This document shows positions 32,290 through 44,800 of a DNA stretch of 64,000 bases, piece by piece. The notes under the pieces are model-generated. The model made no database searches. It was given only the letters and a program-made list of their open reading frames with translations, and was not told where the DNA came from. Position 1 is the stretch's first letter; each line of letters starts with the position of its first letter. The position numbers and the translations under genes were made by a program. The stretch is from Trichodelitschia bisporula (Eukaryota), in contig ML996687.1 of the NCBI GenBank assembly GCA_010356995.1, forward strand, positions 621,803 through 685,802, read 5' to 3'.

Positions 32290-34550
32290 ATGGTTTCTAC
32301 CCGGCGTCAGTCCTCGCGACTGGCCAAGGGCAAGTCTACTGTGAAGGAACAGGTACGTCTCTCATCTTGCGACATCGTCATTGGCTCGCGACACGCGTCT
32401 TAATATCATGCTGGGCTATATGTGCCTCTGATATTCGTATGCGATGAGCTTCATGCCTTCTCTCTTTGCTTTGCTGAATGCGCCGCTCACAATGATAGTC
32501 TCCTCCTAGTCCCAGCGTCGCAGAGGCTGCGCCTGTCGAGCCCGCGTCGCCCTCCGAGCCCGCGTCGCCCTCGAAGGCCTCGCCATCCAAGAAGTTTGCT
32601 TCCCTCGCCAATGACCCCGTCTTAGCTACTCCTCGCGCGAACCCCAAAGGCCCGCTCTCCTTCATTGCCTCGGTCACCCAGCGCACTCCTAAGCATAGAA
32701 CTCCCATCCCGGACGAATCTGAGATGCACCCGCAGCTCCACCACAAGAACACTGCTACCCCATATGACGAGGCGCGCTGGTTGGGCTTCTTCCGCATGGG
32801 CTCGAAGACGGATCCGCGCGATGGGCCTAAGAGCGGGATGGTACCGCCCTCGCCCTCGCCTGCTCGCGCAATGGACAAGCGCAAGAACCTTGCTGAGGTG
32901 CCGAAGCCTGACTTCGAATTCACGTTCTCTAGCCGCGCAAAGTCTGTTGAGCTGAGTGAAGAGGCGAGGAGGATCATGCAGGAGAGCCGCGAAGAGGTGG
33001 CTAAGCGTCGCGCGCAGCTTTCATCGCTGCCGTCTGTCCCCGAGTCGGAACCGTCTTCTGTTGCACCCGAGAGCCCCATTCCTCAGCGCAAAATGGCAAA
33101 GCCCAAGGGCAAGGCGGGACGCTTCAGTGATGTCCACATGGCCGAGTTCAAAAAAATGGATTCCATCGCTAACCATCCTTCACTGTGGCGCGCCGATCCG
33201 AGCCATTCCAAACAGCTCAGCTCTGCGTCTCCGTCCAAGTCTCTGAAGCGGTCGCCTTCCAAAGCTGAACTGGACAATCCTGATAGCCCCAAGCCTCGTC
33301 TCATCTCTGCCTCGCCGACCAAGCCGACCAAGCCGAATCCCAATACCGGGGCAAAGCGCTCGAAGCAGAACAAGGACGACGATGCCAGCATGACCCGCCC
33401 AGCGGATGATACCGATGGCAGCTCCCCTTCCAAGTCGATCGCTCAGCCTCCGGTTCGCGGCCACCTCACCCCCACGAAGGCGTCACTTGGTCGCGTAAAG
33501 AGCCTCCAGTCTCCCCTCACCCGGATTCCCACGCCTGCTCGTCATAAATCTAGCGCGAATCTGCTGCAGCAAACACCAAAGCGCAACCCTGCCGTTGCAG
33601 CGGGTACTCCTAGCCCTGTAAAGGTCGTCAACTTCACGCGCGACTCGCCAATCAAGGCTCCGGGCCTGGCTCTGTCGTCTATCAAGGACACTCCAGCTGC
33701 CACGGCGATGAAATCGATTCTACGTGCTCCCGCCGTGCGCTTCTCCAATGACCCCTTCAAAGTCGCCGCCGGCACGCACTTGCTGGCTTCATCGCCCGTG
33801 CGTCAGCAATCTGGCATCCCCGTCGCAGCCACCCCCTCCACAAAGCGCGTCGACTTCTCCGCCAGCACCAAGACGCGTGAAGCGCAAAAGGAAAAAGCCT
33901 CATCCGTCGAGCCCATGCCGCCCGCGACTCCGCACCCCGCGCATCTCACCCGGCCTTCTGCCCCCACGCCTAGCGCCTACCCTTCCCTCCCGCTCGGCGA
34001 TTCCATGGCTCTGTACCCGCAGCTGCGCGTCGACCCTGGCTCCGACGCCGAGCCGCCCTCGTCTCCGACGCACCGCGACCCGTTCGCTCGAGCCGGCCTG
34101 GAGCTCACGCCCAAGTCTGCCCGCGTGTTTAGTGGTCCGTCGAGCTTCACCTTCCGCGCCGGCACGCCTATTGTCTTTGGCACGCCGAGTCCGACGAAGC
34201 CGACTATCCGCGCTGTTCGCAGCAGTGATGTTGGCGCTGTGAGTGCGCCGGTGACGCTGGCGCCGAGTCAGAAGCGCAAGTTGAATGCTATTGCGGAGAG
34301 TGAGGATAAGGAGGATGTTGAGATGGATGACCGGACGCAGGAAAATGAGACCCCGGAGGCTGAGGAGCGGCCGGCGAAGAAGGCGCGCACGGCGCCGGAA
34401 TCACCGCTTAAGGCAACCCCGGCGCGGAGCGTGAGTGCTACGCCGAAGCCGAAGAGTCGGCTGCCGCGGAAGAGGACGCCGGGTGGGCTTTCGGCTGCGA
34501 GGCTGAATCTGCTTGCGACGCCCAAGAGGCGGGTTGAGCGGGGGAACTAG
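32290..34550 (+). CDS. Basic, Ser/Pro-rich conserved fungal protein; candidate microtubule-associated protein with NuSAP-like motif
   Basis: Exon 1 MVSTRRQSSRL... and intron 32353-32498 join the long ORF in frame. Motifs GRFSDVHMAEFKKMDSIANH, LTPTKAS and RLNLLATPKRR, plus many S/T-P-x-K sites. Confidence 0.8.
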
Positions 34551-35111
34551 GTGGAATGGATCGGTATCTGATTTGGGGCATTTCTTAATGGGCATGGTTA
34601 TGGCGCTTTATTCGGCATCACGCTTGCATTGCCTATCTGCATGCATAGCTTTCCGCTTCGACGGGCGTGATTACATCTTTCGGCGTTGGCTGGGCAAGCT
34701 GGGAGTTAGTTCTTACTTGTTTGAGGTGCGCATACATCAGGCGTTCGGCGATGGGGGATGGACAGTGGCGGTGGGTTCAGTTATGAAGTCACGGTTCGGG
34801 TATGGTCAGTCTAGCGCTGTCTGGATAGGCCGTCTAGGTGAACGGATGAGGAGACGGGTTAGGTCGGTAGTGGTGCTAGACGATGTAACGAAGCCCTTTG
34901 CCTGTTGTAATTCCACATAAAACCCGCCTAATATCCCCGTATCCATCATGAAGTTTCGGCACAAAAAACGCCGCCGCAATCCCCGCGTTCTAGGTTATCC
35001 TACCCCCCACCGTCGCCACCCAGATATATCGCCATGTATGCAGTCTAGTCTATGGCCAGTAAATGACATCAATCCACCCCTAACCGCAGCAACAACCCAA
35101 ACGCTCCCGCC

Positions 35112-36188
35112 TCACGCCTCACCCACCTCATCCAACCGATGCATCATGCCCTGCACCTCGCGCACCAGATCCTTCCGCCGCGTCCGCGCCGCCGCATCAC
35201 CCTCCGTCTCCACGCCATCCAGCTTGAGCAGAATCTGCGTCATGAGCGTCTCGGTAAGGCGCTTGTGGTCGAACGCGCGCTTGGCCTTGTCCTCAGGCGG
35301 GTGCGCCGTGAACTGCACGCACTGCGGCACGAACTTAGTGTGGAAGGTGCTGGCCAGGGCATCGAGGACTTCCATCGCCGACTTCGGTGCCGAGCGCGGG
35401 GCAGCAGGCGCCGCGGGTGGGGGCGGCGCAGCGGCGGGCGCGTAGGTAGCGTCCGGGTTGAGGTTCGGCGAGGTAGTGTACCCCGCGGGACCGTCGGTGG
35501 GGGCCTTCTTCTTGCTCTTCTTGCTCTTGCGCTTGCGCGTCTTTTTCTTCTTCCCGCCCTCCGAGACTTCGATTTCCTCCTCGCCGTCGCTCTCGTCCTC
35601 GTCCTCTGGTCCCTTCTCCCCGACGATGACGAGCACCTCCGCCTCGACGCCGGAGCGGAAACCAACGTCGCGTGCCGGGACACCGTCGTCCTTGAGATTC
35701 TGCCCGCGGAAGAACATTTTGATCCTATCCGCGCCGTCGAGCGGGACGCCGATGCTGCGAGCCGCGGCGCTGCGTATGTCCCCGATCTTGATCACGCCGC
35801 CGTCGATGCTGGCCGCCGGGAAATGAACCGGGTAGCTGACGCGGCGGTGCTTGAGGACGACGACGTCAGACGCCGAGCCCGGGCGCGAAGCCGACGGGGC
35901 CGCATGCTGCCGCGCCAGGTCTTCACTGGTTATGTAGCTGAAGTCGGCGTCGGAGACTTCGCCGGCGCCGGGGCGGGAGAAGGGGGAGAAGCGGCCGCCC
36001 CAGGAGGAGGGGCCGAAGCGCGACCAGGTTGACATTGCGGTGAGGGCGAGGAGGAGGGCGAGGGATGTTCTCAGGGCTGTGGGGGTGAGGAGGGTGGCCG
36101 GGAGGTGGTCGAGGAGGTCAAGGAGGGGTGTTGGAACGAGGGAGGTGAGGGGTGTAGGTAGGGTGGAGGCGGGAGTGGAGTGGGTCAT
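35112..36188 (-). CDS. BAG-domain Hsp70 co-chaperone with N-terminal hydrophobic segment and ubiquitin-like region
   Basis: C-terminal LTETLMTQILLKLDGVETEGD...RTRRKDLVREVQ; Ubl-like KMFFRGQNLKDD; motif DFSYITSEDL. Confidence 0.88.
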   Translation of the reverse strand: MTHSTPASTLPTPLTSLVPTPLLDLLDHLPATLLTPTALRTSLALLLALTAMSTWSRFGPSSWGGRFSPFSRPGAGEVSDADFSYITSEDLARQHAAPSASRPGSASDVVVLKHRRVSYPVHFPAASIDGGVIKIGDIRSAAARSIGVPLDGADRIKMFFRGQNLKDDGVPARDVGFRSGVEAEVLVIVGEKGPEDEDESDGEEEIEVSEGGKKKKTRKRKSKKSKKKAPTDGPAGYTTSPNLNPDATYAPAAAPPPPAAPAAPRSAPKSAMEVLDALASTFHTKFVPQCVQFTAHPPEDKAKRAFDHKRLTETLMTQILLKLDGVETEGDAAARTRRKDLVREVQGMMHRLDEVGEA

Positions 36189-38881
36189 CAATTTGGGCTG
36201 GTTGGGCCTATGGGACCGGAGGGGGCGTTGGTTGGAGTGGTGGAATTGTGGGTGGTGGAAGGGGGGGTGTTAGAGTGCCACGTAGCAGGTCGTGGGAGTT
36301 GAACTGCTGCAGGTCCGGTGACGTTGTGGGGGATTCACTTCGTGAGGTGTCCGGGGAAGAGAAGAGGTAGAATCTTTGTCGATCGGGTTGACGTTCCCGG
36401 CCCGGTGCTGAGACAGAGGGTTGGGCTGCCGAGCCAAGCACACGTGACAGTTGTCTTTCAGCGATTGGCAGGAGCCAGGGAGATCATGAAGCAGTCAGCA
36501 TAACTTGCATCCCCTTGGATATTGTTCACTGCTATTCACAGGCACGCGAACTGGACACGAAGACTACTGCGAAGTATGCATGTGTTCTATCCTCCTTCTT
36601 GTCTAGCTCACACAACGGGAGCAAGCGCTTTCGATGTCAGACGTCGAGGCCAAGCATATCGCATCGTGAATTGATGCAAGGGCTTCGGCCTGGAACGATC
36701 CGAATCTCCTTAAAAGCACAGTTCGGCAAGAGCCGAGGCTGCAATCTGGCATGCGGATCAGATCTTATTCCGTTTCGCCAGGCCCCAGAAAGCTTCCTGG
36801 ATTCCGGAACCCTAACCTGATATGGAGCATGGTGAGAGAAGGTGGGCTTAAGCTGTTGCTTCTTCCTGGGCTTCTCTACCGTATCAGCAGCAGACTGATC
36901 AACCGACAATGGACCCTGTGCTTGGTGAGATGCTGTAGGAAGAAAGCTCAAACCCTTTGATGAAACAGAACTCATCCTTATCGTTGTTCGCCTCCCGCAT
37001 TCCTCATCAGGGCTTCAACGTCGCCATCAAGTCGCGTACGTTGCATGCTTCCTCTACGCGCACGCACGTGATCGGGTTGCCGAAGATTCCGAGGCGCTTC
37101 TCTCAAGGCTGAGACGATCGCTTCCTCTTTTTCCTTTCCACGGCGCCTTCACTCTGCCCGGTCCGTCAGCCGCACCCTCTCATGCAGTTTTTAAATTGGT
37201 GGAACATTCTATGGACGGCGAAGCACGATGTCAATTGGCCAACGGAGTGTGAAAAGCCGTTGCCGTCTGGGAAGGGCCTGGTTAGGCCCCGAGTCGCGTG
37301 TCCTTCCTTGAATTTGGTGCAAAACGTGAAGGCAGAGACATTGTTTACGTTAGACCTTCGAGATTCGAGTCTACATCCGTATTCTGCTGTGGTCAAGCAA
37401 TTTCTTGATGTCGTGTTTGGCTTCGAGTATTTCCAATCGTCAAGTTCCACGCGTCGTCCCTTAGCCTCTTGTCACTCACCCACAGAATCACATCAATCAG
37501 AGCGCTATGTTCCGTGCCAATCTGCGACAGCGGACCGCCGCTTGGACCACCTGGAGTGTGGATCTGCTCCATCAGATACGGCTTTGGGTCGCGTAGGGGA
37601 GAGAGAACAACGAAACAACATCGCGTGCTCTTCTTTTCAACCTCTTCATCGCATCTCGCTGTCCTGTCTGTTGATTTTGAGTTCTTACAGGTGTAGCTCT
37701 CTCAGGAGATGCAGCCATTGGCGATGCAAGATGGAATGTGTCCATTCAGATCGACTTAGCAGGGATCCAACTAGCCTTCATTGGCCGGAGTGAAGATGGG
37801 CTCAGAATGCTGTTCATTATCGCGGGGTAGCTCAAAGCTAAGTATCTCAAACGACGTAGAGGGTGGAGTCGGGTGGGGAGAGTGGGGAGGACCGTTGATA
37901 TAGGATTCTTATGTTGTGAATCCTTCACCACCTGTCCAAGAAGTACGGATGTATCGTCCCTAGATAAAATAAAGGAACGAGTTGGAAAGGATGGGAGCTA
38001 TGGATGGTGGATTTTCTTCAAGGAGTTGGTCGTCTATTTTAGTTGATCGCCCATTTATTCTCCGTGATCTCCTGTCCAGCATCCCTACACCGGTACACCT
38101 AACCCTATTATTTCATCGCGCCTCGACGCTCGTCGACTTGCACTGAGCTCCGCTGCTGCGTCATGTCGTGGCCACGATGCTTGTTGCAGCGGTCTGCAGA
38201 ATAATCTGCATGGAGAGAGGCTCGGTGATATGCAGAGTATAATGGAAGCCCTTCTACGCCCAAATGAAGGCAAGTTTGTTCAAATTGCTGCAGGACATTG
38301 CAGCGGACCGTGAGGATCTGCCTACTGCAAGCCGCCCGCAAATGTTGGCGTCCTCTCTTTCCCTCCCCTCACTGCAACTGGGGAGGGGGGGAAGAGGATT
38401 GGAGACGGGGGAGAGGGAGGGAGGGGGGGTACGAGAGATTGCTTAGTCACTTGGCGGACCGTCCCCTATATTGCATTTGCAAAAGCGACGTGCCTTGCAT
38501 CGCTTGCCCGTGCCCGTGTTGCGAAAACCATCCTCGAGTCAAACAATTTGGTCGAGACCATTTCGTCACCTTTCATTGCATCACCACCTGCATCCTCAAC
38601 TCACTAACTCGTCATCCGCTTTACTATTCGTATACCCCTCCCACGCTATTCTCTCCACCTCAAACCAGCATCTCTACTCGCTGTGGGCCATCCCGTCTTC
38701 TCCACACCAGACGCGGTCATCTCACCCCGGAGAGCCTGTTGCGGCCGTAGCAACGGTACTTGATACCCTCCCCTCCCACACTCCCATTGCCCGTGACGCG
38801 ACTCACTCCATACCATAGATACACGTAGCAGCTCCTCCCCGCCAGTAATGAGCAATTCCTCTTCACATCGGTAGTGCGGCT

Positions 38882-41800
38882 ATGCCTTGGCGACCTCTCC
38901 CCCGGATCGCATTCGGAGTATGCACCTATCCCTTCCAGCCTTCGTCGCCCGCAGACCTTCCCCTCGAGATCGGAGATGAGTTGTACATAATCGAGCAAGG
39001 CGGCCAGGACGGCCAGTGGTACCGCGGGTACCTGGTTGCGCCGCCCTCACTACTTGCAGGCCTCACCTCGGTGAAGGGTCAGACACTCGAGGCACGCGTA
39101 TTCTCTGGCATATTTCCGCGCGTCTGCGTCGAGGTGCGCGAGGTTCTAGGCGATGACCGGTCCCGTGGCGGACGTCAGGATGAACTGCCGGTCCAGGGCG
39201 TCAATGGCCGTAACGGGAGCCACCCCGACGTGCAGCAAACCAACGGCATCCCTACACCAACATCTCCGTCTCCAACAGCTGGCGTCAATGGAACAAACGG
39301 CACCGCCAAAACTGAACTGACAGTCGACCCACCTGCCATTCCCGTGTCTCGGTCTATGAAGCCCGAAAATCTGCGTCTCGGCAGCCGTGTCTCGCGCCAG
39401 ACGGTCCGCTCGGAAGCTTCACAACTCGTCCTCCCATTGTCCCCCATGTCTGTCACCGAGCGAGACCCTAGTGCGCCGCGCCCACCAGCTCCTGTTCCCA
39501 TGCTTAAAATCGGCGACGAGACTCCTACGTCTGCACAGGAGCCACTAGTCGACGAGATCGCATCATGCCTGCGGGAATGGCACTCGACCAAGCTCCACGA
39601 GCTCCTCCTCGCGCGTCGATACACCATCCTCGACAAGATGTCCAATCTCGTACAGCGCCTTGATACCTCTCGCCGACAGCTACTTCACAAAGTCCTTACT
39701 GACCAGGAACTGCGCGGACTGCGGGAACAAACTGTCTGGGACCTCGTCAACGGCAATAAGGTCCTGTCTGGCGAGGTCATTGTGAGGAACCCGGCTCAGC
39801 GGGGCAGGATACTCACCGGCGACGACTCTGCCATTGAAGTCACCAAGCTGCAGTCTATGATGAGCTTGCTTGCCGAGCGGCCTGTCACGCCTCCCGACGA
39901 GCACGTTGCGCACCACCTTCTCGTCTCCATCCCACATGCTTTGGGGGAGCTCTCCGCTCCGAAGACCATTGCCGTCCATCTGTTCAGCAAAATGCCTGGC
40001 CTGCCCATCCAGTCGGTTTCTGAAGTCCACGCCATCAACGTTTCTGCCCAAACCGGCAACGCACCGGAGGGCTCCATGAAGACGCTCTTTGTAGATCTAG
40101 GCGCCACAGACCTGGGCGAGGGAGCAGGAGCGGGCTCACAGCTCTACGTTGCATTCAAGGTCATCGTCAACGAGCCTCTGCGTAGCCCTGTTGTTCACTC
40201 TGTACAATCGCTGCCGCGCGAAAGCACATCAAGCCGTGACGGTGCCAGTTTCAATGTCAACCAGGGCGGCAGCATGAAGGGTGGTAGGCGGAGTCTGATG
40301 TGGGGCAGTCCTCGTGGGCGCAAAGATTCGGAGAATGGTCCGCGTCCCTCGGGGGATCATCTGAGGGAGAATGAGAGCCCTCAGGCTCGTATGGATCAGC
40401 GCAATGCGTCAACTGGCACTCGGCCCCTAACCAGGGATGCGAAGACCGTCAAGCGGACCGTGGCGGCTGGAGTCATGCGTGTAGACCACATCCTCAAACA
40501 GGACCTGGAGGTTGAGCAAGAGATCAGCTTGTGGACCCCAACTTCTATGCCGACGGACGAACGTGCGGACCAAGACAACGCTTGGGATGAGCTGGTAAGT
40601 GAGCTGCTGGCAACCTCGAGTGGCGACTACCGCAAGTACACATTCCCCAAGCCGCTCAAGGTATTCGTCAAAGGCTTCGAAGATCCGGATGCCGAGTCCC
40701 TCATTCGCAAGACTCCGACGCTATTGCAAAACATCCCTCAGACGAGGCGGATAGGCTTCTCGGGCGCTCCGAGCAAGCCCAGGAGCGATATTTACCTTAC
40801 ACTCTCCGAGCCGTGCCTTCCACGCCACGCCTTTATGGCCCATCCAAAATCAGGAACCGTACCACTCGGGACACAGCAGGGTCTCGCCAACCTCCAGCTT
40901 ACACTCGAAGTGCGGAGATCGACAGGGCAGCGTATCGAGAACTGCATCTTCCCGTCGTGTAACAGCCAGGGCCACACGGCTTGGAGAACAACGGCTGTCG
41001 AACGTGGTGAGCCGTGGAATCTTACCATCCGCCTGGCCATCCCCCCTGAAGATGTGCCTGGCTCGCACATTGTCATGAGCATAGCTGATCTCCCTGGTTT
41101 TCCCTTCGGCTTATGCTGGATGCCGCTGTGGAACGATGGAGCCTTTATCCAGGATGGCGAACATGTTCTGACGCTCTACCAGTATGACGAATATACCTCG
41201 AGCGTCATCTCTGGCCGTGGAGCGTATCTGGGTCTGCCTTGGGGCGCCAAAAAGCGCGATGAGCAGTCTGGTGGTCCTATGGCTGCCCTGCATATCCGCA
41301 CATTCCTCTGCAGCACCAAGTACTCGCAAGATCCCGACCTTTTGGGACTTTTGAAATGGCAAGAACAGCCTCCCGGCACGCTGCCCAGTCTGCTTCGGCG
41401 GTTTGTCTTCGTTCCCGAGATTGAGATCGTCAAGCTGCTCAACGAAGTCTTGGATGCGCTGTTCGAGATCCTGGTGGATTGCGCTGGCAGCGCAGAGTAT
41501 GAGAACCTCGTCTTTGCCGACTTGGTCTTTGTACTCAGCATCACCTATGACCGCCGTTTCAAGCTTGCGCCAATCGTGGATACCTATGCCGACACGCGAT
41601 TCAAGTACCCGGCTGCCACAGCCTGCCTCATCCGCAGCTTCGGGCGGCTGCTCTCGAATCCTACGGACCAAGAGACTTCGCGCAAACTGCGTGCGACCTT
41701 CAAAGTCGCGGCACATATTATCAAATTCATCTCCGCCGGTCGCCGGGTCCAGGAGGCACAGAGCACGGACGGAGGTGTGACGAAGCGGAAATCTGCATTT

Positions 41801-44800
41801 CTCAAGGATATCAACGACATTTTCCAAGCTTTGCAGAGCTTGATGCTGAATCCCGCGCCAATTCTGGTCGGTACGAAGACCCTGCTTGTGCAACACTTCC
41901 ACACCTGGTTGTCCGAATTGTCTCCTATCATGAATCCGGAAGACATTCTTCGTGTCACCGTCGATTTTGTGGATTCTTGCGCGAATGCGCAGGGGAAGCT
42001 GATTCTGTACAAACTCGTCTTGATCATTCACCTTGTGGGTATCTCTGCCCTCAAGCTGCCAGAGACAAAGCGCCAGCTTCGCACCAACACTGTGCGGTGG
42101 CTGGCGCCCTACTGGGGCCGGACCGAAAATGTTACCGAGCAGTGGCGGGAGCAAGTTCGGCTTTGCTGTTCTGTTGTCGCCTCTCAGATCAACGAGCTCG
42201 GCCAGGAAGCCTGCGAGTACATTCCCAAGTTGGTTGACTCGTACCGCGCTATTCAGGCAGTGCCACGCCCGCTGAAGAAGTCACTATCACTCCTCTTCCC
42301 GACCTCCTACCCCTTCCACTCTCGTCCCATCGACATTGAAACCACTGAGTTCGACGAACCCCTCATCGAAATCGCTGCTGTGTTAGCCGCTATCACGAGC
42401 TTACCTACCACAATACATCTGGATATGCCACAAGATGATCTCGCGGACTTTCTGTTCAGCGCTCTCCAGGTGTATATTTCCATACTGAATGGCGAGGCTT
42501 TTCCGCATTCCTGGCTTTCAGTCCACATCTTCCACCACAAGTCGACTATGCGGAGTCTTGAGAAGCTGTCAAGCATCCTCATCGACTCCTTCCTTCCGCA
42601 CCCCGACGAAGCCGATCAGTTCAACACCGAGCTTTGGCGTACCTTTTTCGAGGCTTTGCTCAAGCTTGTCGGCAGCAACGCGCTCGCACTTGAGACTTTC
42701 CCGGAACAGAAGCGAAGAGCTGTGTGGAAGATTGCTGGCGACGTGAGGGAGCTTGGGGCAGATCTCCTTCGCCGCAGCTGGGACGCCATCGGCTGGGAAA
42801 CGAGCCCTGAAGACAAGACTCAATACGGTCTAGAAAAGCTGGGCGGCTACCAGGTCCAGTACGTGCCGGCACTTGTCGGGCCGATCGTTGAATTGTGCCT
42901 GAGCGTCCACGAGGGCCTGCGGAGTGTTGCGATCCAAGTGCTTCAGACGATGATCATTAGCGAGTGGACTCTGAGCCAGGATCTCTCCCTCGTGCAAGCT
43001 GAAATCATCGACTGCTTAGATCAGCTGTTCAAGCAAAAGACGCAAAGCGAAAGCATGCTGCAGAAGGTCTTCATTGGGGAGCTAGTCGACCTATTCGAGC
43101 CCCTCGTACGGCAACCCGACGATCCTCTGTTCGTCGCAGTCAAGAATCTCGTCGCGACAATCGAGGAGCTATTGGATCTGCTTGTTGCTGTACACAGCAC
43201 TGATGGCAGCGGAGAAGCCTTCCACATTATGGACACGCTCCATTTGATGGAATTCCTCAAAGACATGCAGAAGGAGGACATCTTCATCCGCTACGTCCAT
43301 CAACTTGCGCAGCTCCAGGCTGATGCGAAGAACTACACTGAAGCTGGTCTTGCCCTCCGCCTGCATGCAGATCTTTATGACTGGGACCCTGCAACCGTCC
43401 TGGAGCCGCTGAGCGAGCCGCACTTCAGCACGCAGACAGCGTTTGAACGCAAAGAGCAGCTCTACTTCCAGATGATAAAGTACTACGAGGATGGCCAGTC
43501 GTGGGACAACGCTCTCGGGAGCTACATGGAGCTGGCAGATCAGTACGAGCACAACGTGTTCGACTTCGCGAAGCTTGCGCGCGCCCAGCGGTCCATGGCA
43601 ACAATTTACGAGTCCATCAGCAGGGGTCAACGCGATAACCCAAGGTATTTTCGGGTAGTCTACAAGGGTTTCGGATTTCCCATCAGCCTACGCGATAAGC
43701 AGTTCATCTTCCAGGGACTGCCGACTGATCGCCTTTCCACCTTTACCGATCGTCTGCAGCAGCAGCATCCCTCAGCCCAGGTCATGACTTCCGGTGCTTC
43801 AGATGAAGATCTGGAAGGGCAATACATCTATGTGTACGCCGTCAGCCCGCAGAAGGACCTCATGCACCCGATCTACCAGCGCTCCAAGGTCTCGCAATCA
43901 GTCCGCGACTACTACCTCCTCTCCCGGCCGAGCAACTTCACCTCTTCCTCCCGCCGCAAGGCCAGCGACGCCGGAATGAAAGAGCAAACCGTCGAAAAGA
44001 CCGTCTACACAACCGCAGAGCCCTTCCCCACTATCCTCCGTCGCAGCGAAATCGTCGCCGTCGGCACCATGACCCTCTCACCCGTGCAAACCGCCATCGA
44101 GCGCACCACCCGCAAGACAGCCGAGCTCCTAGCGCAGGAGAAGAAGATCATCGACGGTGAGGACACGGCCTTCTCCGCCCTCACCGATACCCTGACCCTC
44201 TCCGTCGACCCCGACTCCCCCGCCAGCGTCGCCATCTACCGCGACCTCCTCCGCCACGGCCAACCCACGCGGCCCTCGTCATACGAAGACGAGCCCGTGA
44301 AGGAAGACGACTCTCCGCCCGACCCCCTTGACAACGCGCTCAAGATCGCGCTGCTAGACTACGCCATCGCCGTCCGCCGCTGTCTAACGCACTACTCGCG
44401 CCCCGCGCACCAAGCTACGCGCGTTGATCTCCAGCAGCGTAAGCCTTTCGTTCCCCCATATCTCTCGTATATACTAACTGACCCAGGCTTCGAACTAACC
44501 TTCGCCCCCGAACTCGCCGCCCTAACTGCCGCCACCCAACCCACAACCAACCCCCGCTCCCCCAGCTCCACATCCTGGATGTCGCCCGGCGCAGCGCACA
44601 CGCCCGAGCGCCCCGGCAGTCCGTCCAAGCAGGACAGTCCCGTACAGGCGCTCGATGCGGCGGCGGCGAAGCGGCACAATCACAGGCTTAGCTTTACGAT
44701 CTTTAAGCGTGGGAGTACGCATGAGCGACGGAACGGGGCGGGCGCGTTTGAGAACGGGGGTACGGGGAATGAGCGCGTGAGCACGGAGCATGGGCGCTCG

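Noticed and set aside
35139..36032. Long antisense ORFs (also 11997-12872, 18004-18729, 41111-42154)
   Set aside because: These are shadows of GC-rich codon usage on the strand opposite well-supported genes.
36515..37931. ORFs of 100-203 aa between the BAG and DOCK genes, and a TGATGA box-C-like word near 36958
   Set aside because: No recognisable domain, no coherent exon chain, and no convincing snoRNA stem or guide.
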